Positions 27,961 to 38,073 of a DNA stretch of 64,000 nt are shown here, piece after piece. The notes beneath the pieces were generated by a model, which was not told the DNA's origin, did no database searches, and saw only the letters and a program-made list of their open reading frames with translations. Origin of the DNA: Bacillota bacterium (GTDB taxonomy: Bacteria > Bacillota > DTU025); the NCBI GenBank assembly GCA_050951805.1, contig JBMNJT010000008.1:384001-448000 (forward strand), in the 5' to 3' direction. Both the position numbers and the translations under genes were made by a program. Position 1 is the first letter of the stretch; every line of letters starts with the position of its first letter.

Positions 27961-28476
27961 ATGCTCAAAATGCGCGGTCCTGTTGGCCCGGAAGGGCCTG
28001 GTGTTGTTTGTGAGTGCGACGACGTCTTCTTAACCGAAGTGCAGAGGGTTGTATCTGTCTACAAGGAACGACCGGAAGACCTAGTACAAGCTCTTCATGA
28101 TGTTCAATCGCTCCGAAATTACCTTCCACGCGAGGCTTTGCGTGTAGTAGCGCGCACCCTCGACGTGCCCGAAAGCCGAGTTTATGGAGTAGCTACATTT
28201 TACTCAATGTTCTCTACAAGTCCTAGGGGACGCCACATAATCAGGATCTGCGAGTCGGCTCCGTGCCACGTAGCGGGGGCTGCTGAGATAATCAATTCGC
28301 TCTTGAACGAACTCGGAGTGGAGATGGGGGGCACTACATCTGACGGGATATTTACTGTGGAGACGTCGTCCTGTTTGGGTGTATGTGGTGTTGCACCTGC
28401 CATCATGATTGACGACACAGTCTACGGTAATCTTGTCTCGGAAGATCTGCCTGCAGTTCTGCGCCGTTATCGTTAG
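27961..28476 (+). CDS. hydC: Hydrogenase NuoE-like [2Fe-2S] subunit (HydC/HndA)
   Basis: VATFYSMF, CESAPC, CLGVCGVAP. Confidence 0.9.
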   Translation: MLKMRGPVGPEGPGVVCECDDVFLTEVQRVVSVYKERPEDLVQALHDVQSLRNYLPREALRVVARTLDVPESRVYGVATFYSMFSTSPRGRHIIRICESAPCHVAGAAEIINSLLNELGVEMGGTTSDGIFTVETSSCLGVCGVAPAIMIDDTVYGNLVSEDLPAVLRRYR

Positions 28477-28513
28477 GTCCCGGTTTTCTGAACGAAGCTT
28501 GGGGGGGATCCAC

Positions 28514-30187
28514 ATGGAGTTCTACCGAGCGCATGTCCTGGTGTGCGGCGGATTCCCGTGTGTCGCCGCTGGTTGCCGGGCGGTGCGTGGTGAAATCGAA
28601 CGATCGGTCAAGGAGCATGGTCTTGAGCGCGAGGTCCGTATTGTTGAGACGGGCTGCTTAGGTCCGTGCGACCTTGGGCCGATCGTTGTCGTGTACCCGG
28701 AAGGAACCGTATATTCCCGCGTCAGCGTGGATGATGTAAGTGAGATCGTAGGCGAACATCTGATGAAGGGGAGGCCTGTCAGGCGTCTTGAATACACAGA
28801 GCGTCTTCCTTCGGTATCGCAGGCTGATCACAAGCGCCCCGACTACTTTGGGATCCAAGAAAGGATAGTCCTTGAGAATGTGGGGCTGATCGACCCAGAC
28901 AGCATCGAGGAGTATATCGCCCGTGATGGGTATCTGGGCGCGGGTATGGCTCTTACATCCATGTCGCCTGATGAAGTCATTAGCGCTATAAAGGCTTCAG
29001 GCCTTCGCGGCCGTGGAGGCGCGGCTTTCCCCACTGGCGTGAAACTGGGATTCACTGCGCGGGTGGAGGCTGATCAGAAATACATAATATGTAATGCCGA
29101 TGAAGGAGAGCCCGGAACATTCAAGGACCGCCTCATACTCGAGGGTGACCCGCACAAGGTGATCGAAGGCATGATCATCTTGGGGTACTCAGTTGGCGCT
29201 ACCATGGGATACATATACATCAGAGGCGAATACTATCTCTCCATAGAGCGCATAGAGCGCGCGATCGCGGAGGCGCGCAGGTATGGGCTCTTAGGTCATG
29301 ACCTATTCGGCTCCGGCTTCAGTTTCGATATTGAAGTGAAGAAGGGCGCCGGGGCGTACGTGTGTGGCGAGGAGACTGCGCTGATCGAGTCGATGGAAGG
29401 CAAGCGGGGTGAACCTAGGCAGAAGCCTCCTTATCCGGGAACCTGTGGTCTGTGGGGCAAGCCGACCGTAGTCAACAATGTAGAGACCATAGCCAACGTC
29501 CCGCCTATAGTTCGCAACGGGGCCGATTGGTTCAGACAATTCGGAACCCCTACTAGCCCCGGCACAAAGGTATACACCCTTACAGGAGATGTTAACAACA
29601 AGGGACTGATAGAAGTCCCCATGGGTATTACGCTCCGTGAGGTCATATACGGGGTGGGTGGCGGAATCCCTGGGGGACGTCGTTTCAAGATGGCTCAGAC
29701 TGGCGGAACAGCAGGGGGCTGTCTGTCAGAGACGCACCTTGACATCCCTATGGATTACGAGAGTCTCCAGGAGGCAGGGTCCGCTCTCGGCTCCGGTGCG
29801 CTCCTGATAATCGACGACAGCCATTGCGTGGTGGACATAGCCTGCGCGTTGTTGCGCTTTTTTGAGCATGAGTCGTGCGGGCAATGCACGCCTTGCAGAG
29901 AGGGCACACGACGACTGCATGACATCTTCCGCAAGACGCGGGAGCTGGCCGCAACTGAAAAGGATCTAAAGCTGGCAAGGGAGCTTGCAGGGGTAATGCA
30001 AGCCTCTTCCCTTTGCGCGTTGGGCCAATCGGTTGCAGTTCCGCTCTTTACTATCATGGATCACTATGCGGATGAGATCGAAGCTCACCTTGAGGGGCGT
30101 TGCCCTGCGGGCGTATGCAGGCCAAATCCTGCAAACGCAGACGAGTCGGCATACGAGACGCTCCAGGCGGGCAACGGGATCAGGTGA
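28514..30187 (+). CDS. hydB: Hydrogenase NuoF-like diaphorase subunit (HydB/HndC) lacking the C-terminal 2x[4Fe-4S] domain
   Basis: N-terminal thioredoxin-like domain, GLRGRGG, NADEGEPGTFKD, GAGAYVCGEET, ESCGQCTPCREG. Confidence 0.9.
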   Translation: MEFYRAHVLVCGGFPCVAAGCRAVRGEIERSVKEHGLEREVRIVETGCLGPCDLGPIVVVYPEGTVYSRVSVDDVSEIVGEHLMKGRPVRRLEYTERLPSVSQADHKRPDYFGIQERIVLENVGLIDPDSIEEYIARDGYLGAGMALTSMSPDEVISAIKASGLRGRGGAAFPTGVKLGFTARVEADQKYIICNADEGEPGTFKDRLILEGDPHKVIEGMIILGYSVGATMGYIYIRGEYYLSIERIERAIAEARRYGLLGHDLFGSGFSFDIEVKKGAGAYVCGEETALIESMEGKRGEPRQKPPYPGTCGLWGKPTVVNNVETIANVPPIVRNGADWFRQFGTPTSPGTKVYTLTGDVNNKGLIEVPMGITLREVIYGVGGGIPGGRRFKMAQTGGTAGGCLSETHLDIPMDYESLQEAGSALGSGALLIIDDSHCVVDIACALLRFFEHESCGQCTPCREGTRRLHDIFRKTRELAATEKDLKLARELAGVMQASSLCALGQSVAVPLFTIMDHYADEIEAHLEGRCPAGVCRPNPANADESAYETLQAGNGIR

Positions 30188-30206
30188 GAGGAGGCTTGAC
30201 GGGGAA

Positions 30207-31937
30207 ATGTCTGACATTACTTTGACCATCGATGGCAAGTCTGTCTGCGCGTCGCCTGAGATGACAATCCTCGAGGCCGCGCGCACTGTGGGAATCAAGA
30301 TCCCAACGCTCTGTTGGCATGAAGACCTGGGAAGCCCGTCGGTCTGCCGCGTCTGCGTGGTGGAGATAGAGGGCCAGAACACGCTACAGCCAGCCTGCTC
30401 GTACCCTGTAAGCCAGGGTATGACAGTGCGCACCAATACGCCCCGGGTCAGAAATGCCAGACGCATGGCCATCGAACTGCTGCTTGCGCACCATCCTGAC
30501 GACTGCCTTTCATGCCAGCGGAACCTCAAATGTGAGCTGCAACAGCTTGCGGCCGATTTTGGGATAAGGGAGATAAGGTTCGAGCGTGTTTCAAGGAAGA
30601 TCCCCAGAGACGAATCTACTCCTTCGCTGGTGCGAGATGCCGATAAGTGCATTAACTGCAGAAGGTGCATCGAAGCTTGTGAGAAGATTCAGGGCGTGGC
30701 CGTGTTGTCCACTGTCAACCGCGGATTTGACTCGGTGGTGCTGCCCGCTTTCGGTGATGATCTCGATTCTGTTGTCTGCGTGCTTTGCGGACAGTGCACC
30801 TTGGCCTGCCCTACCGGGGCCATAGTGGAACGGGACGATACGGGAAAGGTCTGGGATGCGTTGGCTGACCCCAATATGCACGTCGTGGTCCAAACTGCTC
30901 CTGCAATCAGGGCTTCTTTGGGGGAGGAACTCGGACTGCCTGCTGGCTCTATAGTCACTGGCAAGTTGGTGGCTGCCCTCAGGAAGATCGGTTTTGACAG
31001 GGTATTTGATACTGACTTTGCTGCTGACCTCACAATCATGGAAGAAGGGCATGAGCTCCTGGATCGAATACAGAAGGGCAATGCTCCGTTGCCGCTTTTG
31101 ACTTCGTGCAGCCCTGGCTGGATCAACTTTGTTGAACGTTTCTACCCTGACCTGCTTCCGCACGTGTCCACGTGCAAATCCCCACAGCAGATGTTTGGGG
31201 CCGTGGCCAAGACATACTATGCCGAGCGTGCTGACATCGACCCTGCTCGGATCTTCGTCGTGTCGATAATGCCTTGCACTGCGAAAAAGTATGAATGCCA
31301 GAGGCCGGAGATGAGATCGAGCGGGTTTCAAGATGTAGACGCGGTCCTTACCACTCGGGAACTGGGCAGGATGATCAGGGAGATCGGCATAGATTTCGAT
31401 TCCCTGCCTGAAGAGGAGTATGATGCCCCTATGGGGATTTCTACAGGTGCCGGGGCCATATTCGGCGCCACTGGCGGGGTTATGGAGGCAGCGCTGCGCA
31501 CGGTGTATGCCGTGGTGACTGGGCGAGAGCTTTCCGAAGATGGTCTGGAATTCCATGATGTAAGGGGCCTTGAGGGTATCAAGGAGGCTGAGGTTGACCT
31601 TGAAGGCGCCACCGTGAGGGTTGCGATCGCTCACGGGCTCGGCAATGCGAGAAAGGTAATGGAGACGATCAGGACGGGTGAAGCTCCGTGGCAGTTTGTG
31701 GAGATAATGTGCTGCCCGGGTGGGTGCGTCGGAGGCGGCGGGCAGCCGATCGGAACTGTGATGTCGAGCCGGGCTGAGAGAGGCCAAGCTCTATACGAGG
31801 TTGACAGGGAGATGCCCTTGAGGGAGTCTCATAAGAATCCTGCGGTGCTCGCCCTATATCAGGAATTCCTGGACTGGCCACTCTCGGAGCGCAGCCATGA
31901 GCTGCTGCATACGCATTATACTCCGAAGAAATCCTGA
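30207..31937 (+). CDS. hydA: Group A [FeFe]-hydrogenase catalytic subunit
   Basis: [2Fe-2S], H-x3-C-x2-C-x5-C, 2x[4Fe-4S]; TSCSPGW, MPCTAKKYE, EIMCCPGGCVGGGGQP. Confidence 0.95.
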   Translation: MSDITLTIDGKSVCASPEMTILEAARTVGIKIPTLCWHEDLGSPSVCRVCVVEIEGQNTLQPACSYPVSQGMTVRTNTPRVRNARRMAIELLLAHHPDDCLSCQRNLKCELQQLAADFGIREIRFERVSRKIPRDESTPSLVRDADKCINCRRCIEACEKIQGVAVLSTVNRGFDSVVLPAFGDDLDSVVCVLCGQCTLACPTGAIVERDDTGKVWDALADPNMHVVVQTAPAIRASLGEELGLPAGSIVTGKLVAALRKIGFDRVFDTDFAADLTIMEEGHELLDRIQKGNAPLPLLTSCSPGWINFVERFYPDLLPHVSTCKSPQQMFGAVAKTYYAERADIDPARIFVVSIMPCTAKKYECQRPEMRSSGFQDVDAVLTTRELGRMIREIGIDFDSLPEEEYDAPMGISTGAGAIFGATGGVMEAALRTVYAVVTGRELSEDGLEFHDVRGLEGIKEAEVDLEGATVRVAIAHGLGNARKVMETIRTGEAPWQFVEIMCCPGGCVGGGGQPIGTVMSSRAERGQALYEVDREMPLRESHKNPAVLALYQEFLDWPLSERSHELLHTHYTPKKS

Positions 31938-31951
31938 AGAGTTCGGTTTTC

Positions 31952-31980
31952 TTGCACAAGCTTGTTTCGTGGTGTACAAT
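31952..31980 (+). promoter_or_regulatory. SigA-type promoter for the rnf operon
   Basis: TTGCAC-17-TACAAT. Confidence 0.65.
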
Positions 31981-32140
31981 TAGACCGGTTTTAGGCACCG
32001 TGGCTAAAGTGCTGTTGGGGTGCGTAAAGCCGGTCTATTCACCGGACAGGCTTTGTTATTTTATGCCTCACGTGAGGCTTTTTGTGCTGTGAAGTTCCAA
32101 GTCCATAGGCAGGTTTGTAGAAGCAAAAGGAGTGAGGTGC

Positions 32141-33481
32141 ATGCCCAAGGGATCGTTCCGAGGGGGAGTCCATCCTCCGGAGAACAAAGAGAGAACGGCC
32201 ACATTGCGCACTGTTGTTGCCAGGCGGCCGTCTCAAGTAGCAATAGCGCTTCATCAGGGCTCCAACTGTCCCTTAACGCCTACGGTCGCCAAAGGAGATT
32301 ACGTTCGCATGGGGCAGAAGGTTGCCGATACTGATGAAAAATGGGGGGTACCAGCGCATTCTCCCGTCTCAGGCAAGGTTGTCTCCATCGGCCTGGTGCG
32401 AACCGCTAGCGGCGTCGAGGACCAGGCCATATTTATTGAACCTGACGGAGAGGATGCATTGGACGAATCGTGTGTGCCTGTCGACAATGTCTTTTCCCGG
32501 TCTCCTGAAGAGATTATCAGGATAATTCGGGATGCTGGCATAGTCGGAATGGGAGGGGCGGAGTTTCCAACCCATATTAAGCTTTCGCTGCCTCCGGGGG
32601 CTAATGTGGATACTCTGCTTTTGAACGGCGCTGAGTGTGAACCATGCCTCACAGCCGACCACAGGCTGATGGTGGAGCGTCCGCGCGACATTATCAGGGG
32701 AGCACAGATCATGATGCGTGCCATCGGTGTTTCTAGGACGCTCATAGGAATAGAAGACAACAAGCCTGATGCGATTCGCGCCATGGGGGACGCTGCTTCA
32801 AGCGCTGCAGGCGTAGAAGTCGTGGCTGTAAAGACTAGATATCCTCAAGGGTCTGAAAAGCACCTCATAAAGTCGGTGTTAGGTCGGGAGGTCCCACCTG
32901 GAGGCCTACCGTTTACTGTGGGAGTAGTTGTCAGCAATGTTGGCACTTGTGCGGCGGTGTCGAATCGCTTCGATCGTGGACTCCCACTGATTGAGAGAAT
33001 CGTGACTGTGACCGGATCCGCTGTGGCCAAGCCTGCGAATTTGGTTGCCAAGATAGGGACTTCTGCCAGCGACCTTATAGAGGAATGCGGCGGTTTTGTT
33101 GGCCAACCTGGAAAGATCGTTTTTGGAGGCCCAATGATGGGCATGGCAGTGTCGTCGGTTGATGTTCCCATCGGCAAGGGCACATCGGGCATCTTGGTCA
33201 TGAGCAGGGAAGAGTCGGAAGACCTAAAGGAAATGCCATGTATCAAATGCGGCCAATGCGTCGACGCATGTCCCATGCGTTTGGAGCCGGTGTTCCTTCA
33301 CCAATGGAGCAATGCGGGCCTGTGGGACGAAGCAGAGGCTTACCATGCTATGGATTGCATCGAATGTGGTGTGTGCACTTATGTATGCCCATCCCGGCGC
33401 AACTTGGTGCAGGCGATCAAGCGAGCCAAGTTCGAGATCTCGGCTCGGCGTCGGGCCGCTAAGGAACGGGGGAGTAAGTGA
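32141..33481 (+). CDS. rnfC: Rnf complex subunit C
   Basis: GGVHPPENK, GIVGMGGAEFPTH, NGAECEP, two CxxCxxCxxxCP motifs. Confidence 0.95.
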   Translation: MPKGSFRGGVHPPENKERTATLRTVVARRPSQVAIALHQGSNCPLTPTVAKGDYVRMGQKVADTDEKWGVPAHSPVSGKVVSIGLVRTASGVEDQAIFIEPDGEDALDESCVPVDNVFSRSPEEIIRIIRDAGIVGMGGAEFPTHIKLSLPPGANVDTLLLNGAECEPCLTADHRLMVERPRDIIRGAQIMMRAIGVSRTLIGIEDNKPDAIRAMGDAASSAAGVEVVAVKTRYPQGSEKHLIKSVLGREVPPGGLPFTVGVVVSNVGTCAAVSNRFDRGLPLIERIVTVTGSAVAKPANLVAKIGTSASDLIEECGGFVGQPGKIVFGGPMMGMAVSSVDVPIGKGTSGILVMSREESEDLKEMPCIKCGQCVDACPMRLEPVFLHQWSNAGLWDEAEAYHAMDCIECGVCTYVCPSRRNLVQAIKRAKFEISARRRAAKERGSK

Positions 33482-34461
33482 TGGGAAACACTAAGCTCAT
33501 AGTGACGCCGGCGCCGCACATAAGATCCGGTGATAGCACGCCTGCAATAATGCGTGACGTGGTGATTGCTTTGTTGCCGGCAGCGATCTCTGCAGTCTAC
33601 TTCTTTGGTGCGCAAGCAGCCGTATCTATGGTCTGCAGTGTTGCTGGAGCGGTGGGGGCCGAATACATCTTTGAGAAGATCGCAAAAAAGCCGGTGACGA
33701 TAGGGGACTGGAGCGCTGCTGTAACAGGCCTCTTGATCGCGATGGTTCTTCCGCCGCACGTGCCTGTTTGGATACCGGTCATTGCAGGATTCTTCGCCAT
33801 AGGCGTCGTTAAGCTGCTTTTTGGAGGGCTAGGCCATAATGTATTCAACCCGGCTCTTGCAGGCCGTGCCTTCGCGATTGCCGCTTGGCCAGCTTTGACC
33901 ACTAGTGGTTATCTCTGGCCTGCATCTGCAGAAGGCGCCATCTGGGCTGTGAGGGGCTTTGACGCCATGAGCACCGCAACCCCGCTCACACTGTGGAAAA
34001 TGGGGGAAATAGGCGGAGCTTCGATGTCGAAGTTCTATCAATCGCTATTTGTGGGCAACGTAGCGGGATCATTGGGCGAAACATCTGCGCTGGCGCTGCT
34101 TATTGGCGCGGTTTATCTTCTCTGTAGAGGGCGCATATCCCTGAGAATACCTCTTTCCTATATATTGACAGTAGCCGTAATCACGGGCCTATACGGTCAA
34201 GACCCGCTCTTCCACGTGCTATCAGGCGGGCTGATCCTTGGAGCGTTCTTCATGGCCACTGACTACGTTACATCTCCGATCAATCCAAAGGGCCAGATAA
34301 TCTTCGGTATCGGATGCGGGATCCTGACGGCGTTGATAAGGATGTTCGGCGGGTATCCTGAGGGTGTCTGTTATTCGATCCTGCTCATGAATGCGGCAGT
34401 GCCCCTGATCGACAGGCTCACTCGCCCTAAGCGGTTTGGGGAGGTGACCAGCCGTGCGTGA
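33481..34461 (+). CDS. rnfD: Rnf complex subunit D
   Basis: FGGLG.N.FNPAL, STATPL (FMN-Thr), GETS, FMATD. Confidence 0.95.
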   Translation: MGNTKLIVTPAPHIRSGDSTPAIMRDVVIALLPAAISAVYFFGAQAAVSMVCSVAGAVGAEYIFEKIAKKPVTIGDWSAAVTGLLIAMVLPPHVPVWIPVIAGFFAIGVVKLLFGGLGHNVFNPALAGRAFAIAAWPALTTSGYLWPASAEGAIWAVRGFDAMSTATPLTLWKMGEIGGASMSKFYQSLFVGNVAGSLGETSALALLIGAVYLLCRGRISLRIPLSYILTVAVITGLYGQDPLFHVLSGGLILGAFFMATDYVTSPINPKGQIIFGIGCGILTALIRMFGGYPEGVCYSILLMNAAVPLIDRLTRPKRFGEVTSRA

Positions 34462-35041
34462 CGTGCTCAAGCTGGGACTTGTGTTGATGGTCATATGCGC
34501 GGTTTCGGGCGGGCTTCTCGCCTACGTGCATGGTGTGACCAGTGAGATAATTGATGAACGAAAGGCGCAAGAGGTTGCGGACGCAATGCGCGTCGTGCTT
34601 CCCGCTGCCGAGAGCTTTGAGAAGCTCAGTGATGACGAGCTTGCGTCTATCAAGGCTGACCCGAAGTTCGTTGACGTTGACGAGGTATACGAGGGAGCTC
34701 ACGACGGCAGCCTTGTTGGAATAGTAGCCAAAGTGCAGTCGCCTGGATACGGAGGCAAGATCAGCCTTCTCGTGGGCATGGATCCGGACCTCACCGTCAC
34801 AGGACTGCAAGTTCTTGGGCATAGTGAGACTCCGGGACTTGGCGCGAATATCGCCAAGCCTGAGTTCATATCTGAGTTTATAGGCAGAGGCGGCTCTCAT
34901 CCGCTTGCCGTCGACAAGGACGGCGGCGAGATCTCCGCCATATCGGGAGCGACTATTTCGTCGAGGGGAATGGTGAACGGCGTCAATCTGGTCCGCGATC
35001 TTGTAAATGCCCTCGGCATAGCTGGAGGTGTTGGCAGATGA
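34454..35041 (+). CDS. rnfG: Rnf complex subunit G
   Basis: N-terminal TM, GYGG, HSETPGLG, SGATISS FMN motif. Confidence 0.93.
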   Translation: MRDVLKLGLVLMVICAVSGGLLAYVHGVTSEIIDERKAQEVADAMRVVLPAAESFEKLSDDELASIKADPKFVDVDEVYEGAHDGSLVGIVAKVQSPGYGGKISLLVGMDPDLTVTGLQVLGHSETPGLGANIAKPEFISEFIGRGGSHPLAVDKDGGEISAISGATISSRGMVNGVNLVRDLVNALGIAGGVGR

Positions 35042-35664
35042 GTCCTCTTAAGGCCTTCACCAATGGAATATACAAGGAGAACCCAATATTCAAACTTCTG
35101 TTAGGAATGTGTCCTACGATAGCGGTCTCCCTTGCAGTGTCAAACGGAATAGGTATGGGCCTTGCTGCAACATTCGTCCTTGTGGGGTCGAATTTGATAA
35201 TATCGCTTCTGCGGAAGTTCATACCTTCCGAGATTCGGATACCTTGCTTCATCGTGGTGATCGCGACCTTTGTCACGATAGTCGACCTGAGCATGGAAGC
35301 CTACTTGCCCCAGCTCCACCAGGTGCTTGGCGTGTTCGTTCCGTTGATCGTGGTCAACTGCATCATTCTGGCAAGGGCTGAGGCTTTTGCGTCTAAGAAC
35401 GGGCCCGTGGCATCGATCATGGATGGGCTCGGCATGGGGCTCGGGTTTACGCTCGCCCTCGTGGTGATCTCACTTATCAGGGAGCCTCTGGGAACGGGCG
35501 TCATATTCGCGGCGGCTGACTTGGGGTTTGACGGAATAAAGCTGTTTCCCGCCGAGTATGCGGCGTCTGTGGTGACACAGCCCGTTGGAGGCTTCATCAC
35601 TCTCGGTCTCTTGCTTGGCCTAGTCAATCTGATCACGGATAAGAAAAAGGACAAGCAAGGCTGA
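35038..35664 (+). CDS. rnfE: Rnf complex subunit E
   Basis: ENP..LLGMCP, RIP, PLIVVNCIILARAE. Confidence 0.93.
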   Translation: MSPLKAFTNGIYKENPIFKLLLGMCPTIAVSLAVSNGIGMGLAATFVLVGSNLIISLLRKFIPSEIRIPCFIVVIATFVTIVDLSMEAYLPQLHQVLGVFVPLIVVNCIILARAEAFASKNGPVASIMDGLGMGLGFTLALVVISLIREPLGTGVIFAAADLGFDGIKLFPAEYAASVVTQPVGGFITLGLLLGLVNLITDKKKDKQG

Positions 35665-35679
35665 AAGGGGTGTTTGTAG

Positions 35680-36276
35680 GTGCGTCAGCTGCTGGTAATC
35701 TTGTTTAGCCAGGCTTTTGTGAACAACTTCATGCTCTCGAGGATCCTGGGGACATGCCCGTTCATAGGCGTATCCCAGCAGGTAGAGACTGCAACAGGTA
35801 TGAGCCTCGCTGTGGTGTTCGTTATGACTGTGGCGTCTGCCATTACATGGCTGGTTCAGAATTTCATCCTTAACCCGCTTAACATGGCATATCTCCAGAC
35901 AGTTGCATTCATATTGGTCATTGCGGCCCTTGTGCAACTCATAGAGATGGTTATAAAGAAATCCAGCCCTTCTTTGTACCGGGCTTTGGGCATATACCTC
36001 CCGCTCATCACTACGAACTGTGCGGTGTTGGGTGTGGCGATCATCAACTACCAGGCCAACTACAATCTGTTGGAATCTGCAGTGAGCGGCGCCGCCGGAG
36101 GGCTCGGGTGGGCTCTTGCGATTATTCTTTTTGCGGCCATCAGGGAAAGGCAGAGATTGGCGCCGATACCCCGGGCCATGGAGGGATTCCCTATAGCCCT
36201 TGTAACTACTGGGCTGCTCGCCATGGCTTTTCTGGGCTTTTCGGGTTTTGATGTTGCCAGGTTCATGGGGTTGTAG
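35680..36276 (+). CDS. rnfA: Rnf complex subunit A
   Basis: LGTCPF, LGIYLPLITTNCAVLG, AIRER. Confidence 0.93.
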   Translation: MRQLLVILFSQAFVNNFMLSRILGTCPFIGVSQQVETATGMSLAVVFVMTVASAITWLVQNFILNPLNMAYLQTVAFILVIAALVQLIEMVIKKSSPSLYRALGIYLPLITTNCAVLGVAIINYQANYNLLESAVSGAAGGLGWALAIILFAAIRERQRLAPIPRAMEGFPIALVTTGLLAMAFLGFSGFDVARFMGL

Positions 36277-36324
36277 GCGCGACGTTTCGACTCATGGTTT
36301 CGCTCGTAGATGGGGGTGACATAG

Positions 36325-37161
36325 ATGAGCAGTCTTAATGCGTTGTTGAGCATGGGGGCTATGGGGCTGATCTTCGGGATTTCGCTCGGGGCTGCATCGA
36401 AGAAGCTAGCAGTAGAGCAGGATCCGAGGATCGATCAGATAATGGAAGTGCTGCCTGGCGCAAACTGCGGGGGATGCGGATTTGCGGGGTGTTCTGCGCT
36501 CGCGGGCGCTATTGTGTCGGGCGATGCGCCTGTAACAGGTTGTCCTGTTGGAAAGAGCGCGGTGGCAGAGAAGATTGCAAAGATAATGGGAGTAGAGTGC
36601 GCAACGACTGAGCCCAAGCATGCAAGAGTCTTGTGTCGCGGGAGTCGCAAAAACGCAGCGGAGCTCTATGAATACAGGGGACTTCAGGATTGCCGATCCG
36701 CCCAGCTTACAGGGGGAGGCGCCAAGGTATGCACCTATGGCTGTCTCGGCTTTGGCTCGTGTGTTGCAGCATGCCAGTTTGGAGCGATGTCGATGGGGCC
36801 TGACGGGCTTCCCGTAGTCGATGATTCGCTCTGCACTGGATGCGGAAAGTGCGTGGGTGTGTGCCCGCGAGGGCTGATCGAGCTTCGTGCTGCGGGGGAG
36901 TCTGTGGACGTGGTGTGCAAATCTCACGCGCGCGGCCCCGTGGTGCGGCAGGCGTGTTCTGTGGGGTGCATCGGGTGTGGACTATGTGCCAGGAATTGTC
37001 CTGAGAAGGCCATAGAGATCGTGAACAATCTCGCCGTTATCGACCAGGCCAAATGCACCAGATGTGGAATTTGCATCGAGAAATGTCCTCAGAAGTGCAT
37101 TGTGGATTCTGCTGGTGTCGAAGGAATTACGCCCGCAAAGAAAGATGAGGCCGCAGTATAG
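36325..37161 (+). CDS. rnfB: Rnf complex subunit B
   Basis: LPGANCGGCGFAGC FeS domain plus multiple ferredoxin motifs. Confidence 0.93.
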   Translation: MSSLNALLSMGAMGLIFGISLGAASKKLAVEQDPRIDQIMEVLPGANCGGCGFAGCSALAGAIVSGDAPVTGCPVGKSAVAEKIAKIMGVECATTEPKHARVLCRGSRKNAAELYEYRGLQDCRSAQLTGGGAKVCTYGCLGFGSCVAACQFGAMSMGPDGLPVVDDSLCTGCGKCVGVCPRGLIELRAAGESVDVVCKSHARGPVVRQACSVGCIGCGLCARNCPEKAIEIVNNLAVIDQAKCTRCGICIEKCPQKCIVDSAGVEGITPAKKDEAAV

Positions 37162-37339
37162 GCGATCGCTGTTTGTGTTTGCCAGGACCAGCCTCTGTGC
37201 TCAAGTACGGATTGATCAGTGTTTTGATTGACGCGGCCTCGGTCAAAGGCTTGTCCATGGGCGGCGCAAAAGTTGTGGACGGGCTTCCATCTATGGGAGC
37301 CCGTTCTCGTCATTCCAGGTCTTGATCGATGCGACATTC

Positions 37340-37368
37340 TTGTAAACGTAGAATTCAAATGGTAGACT
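37340..37368 (+). promoter_or_regulatory. SigA-type promoter for maf-radC-mre
   Basis: TTGTAA-17-TAGACT with a TG extension. Confidence 0.5.
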
Positions 37369-37445
37369 TAATAAAGGTAAAGAGGGCCCTTTGGGCGGCG
37401 CCGCCTTTGGCATCGCTCTTGTCGGGCGCGGGGAGTTTTGATGTC

Positions 37446-38021
37446 GTGAGTAGGCTGATTTTGGCATCTGCTTCGCCAAGACGTTCTCAGCTTTTGCACG
37501 GGATTGGGTTAGATTTCGAGGTCATCCCGAGCAACGTTGTGGAGGAAGAAGTGAACGGTGCCGACCCTGCAGATCTCGTTATGCGACTTGCGTATGCCAA
37601 GGCTGCTGACGTGGCAGGCGGGATCGATCATGGGCTCGTGATCGGTGCCGATACCATAGTCGTCGCGGACGGGCATGTCCTTGGAAAGCCGGTGGACCGG
37701 GATGATGCTATCCGCATGTTGCACAAACTCTCAGGGAAGGAACACCAGGTATACTCGGGCGTTTCGGTGATAGATGCCGGAAGCGGCAACTCGGCAACTG
37801 AGTATGAGATGACAAATGTCAAGTTTAGGACTGTTTCGGATGAGAAAATAGCAAGATATGTCGATACCGGCGAACCCATGGGCAAGGCTGGCGCTTATGC
37901 CATCCAGGGAATTGGAGGTTTGCTCGTGGAATCGATCAGGGGCGACTACAACTGCGTAGTTGGGCTTCCATTGGGCCGGCTTGCGCTGATGCTTGAGAGT
38001 TTTGGTTATGTAGTTTTTTAG
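37446..38021 (+). CDS. maf: Maf nucleoside triphosphate pyrophosphatase
   Basis: LILASASPRR, GADTIV, LGKP, KAGAYAIQG, VVGLP. Confidence 0.92.
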   Translation: MSRLILASASPRRSQLLHGIGLDFEVIPSNVVEEEVNGADPADLVMRLAYAKAADVAGGIDHGLVIGADTIVVADGHVLGKPVDRDDAIRMLHKLSGKEHQVYSGVSVIDAGSGNSATEYEMTNVKFRTVSDEKIARYVDTGEPMGKAGAYAIQGIGGLLVESIRGDYNCVVGLPLGRLALMLESFGYVVF

Positions 38022-38073
38022 TTGTGCCTCGCCATGGCAACGCTTGCACACAAAATGCAGGTGAGGTGCGATA

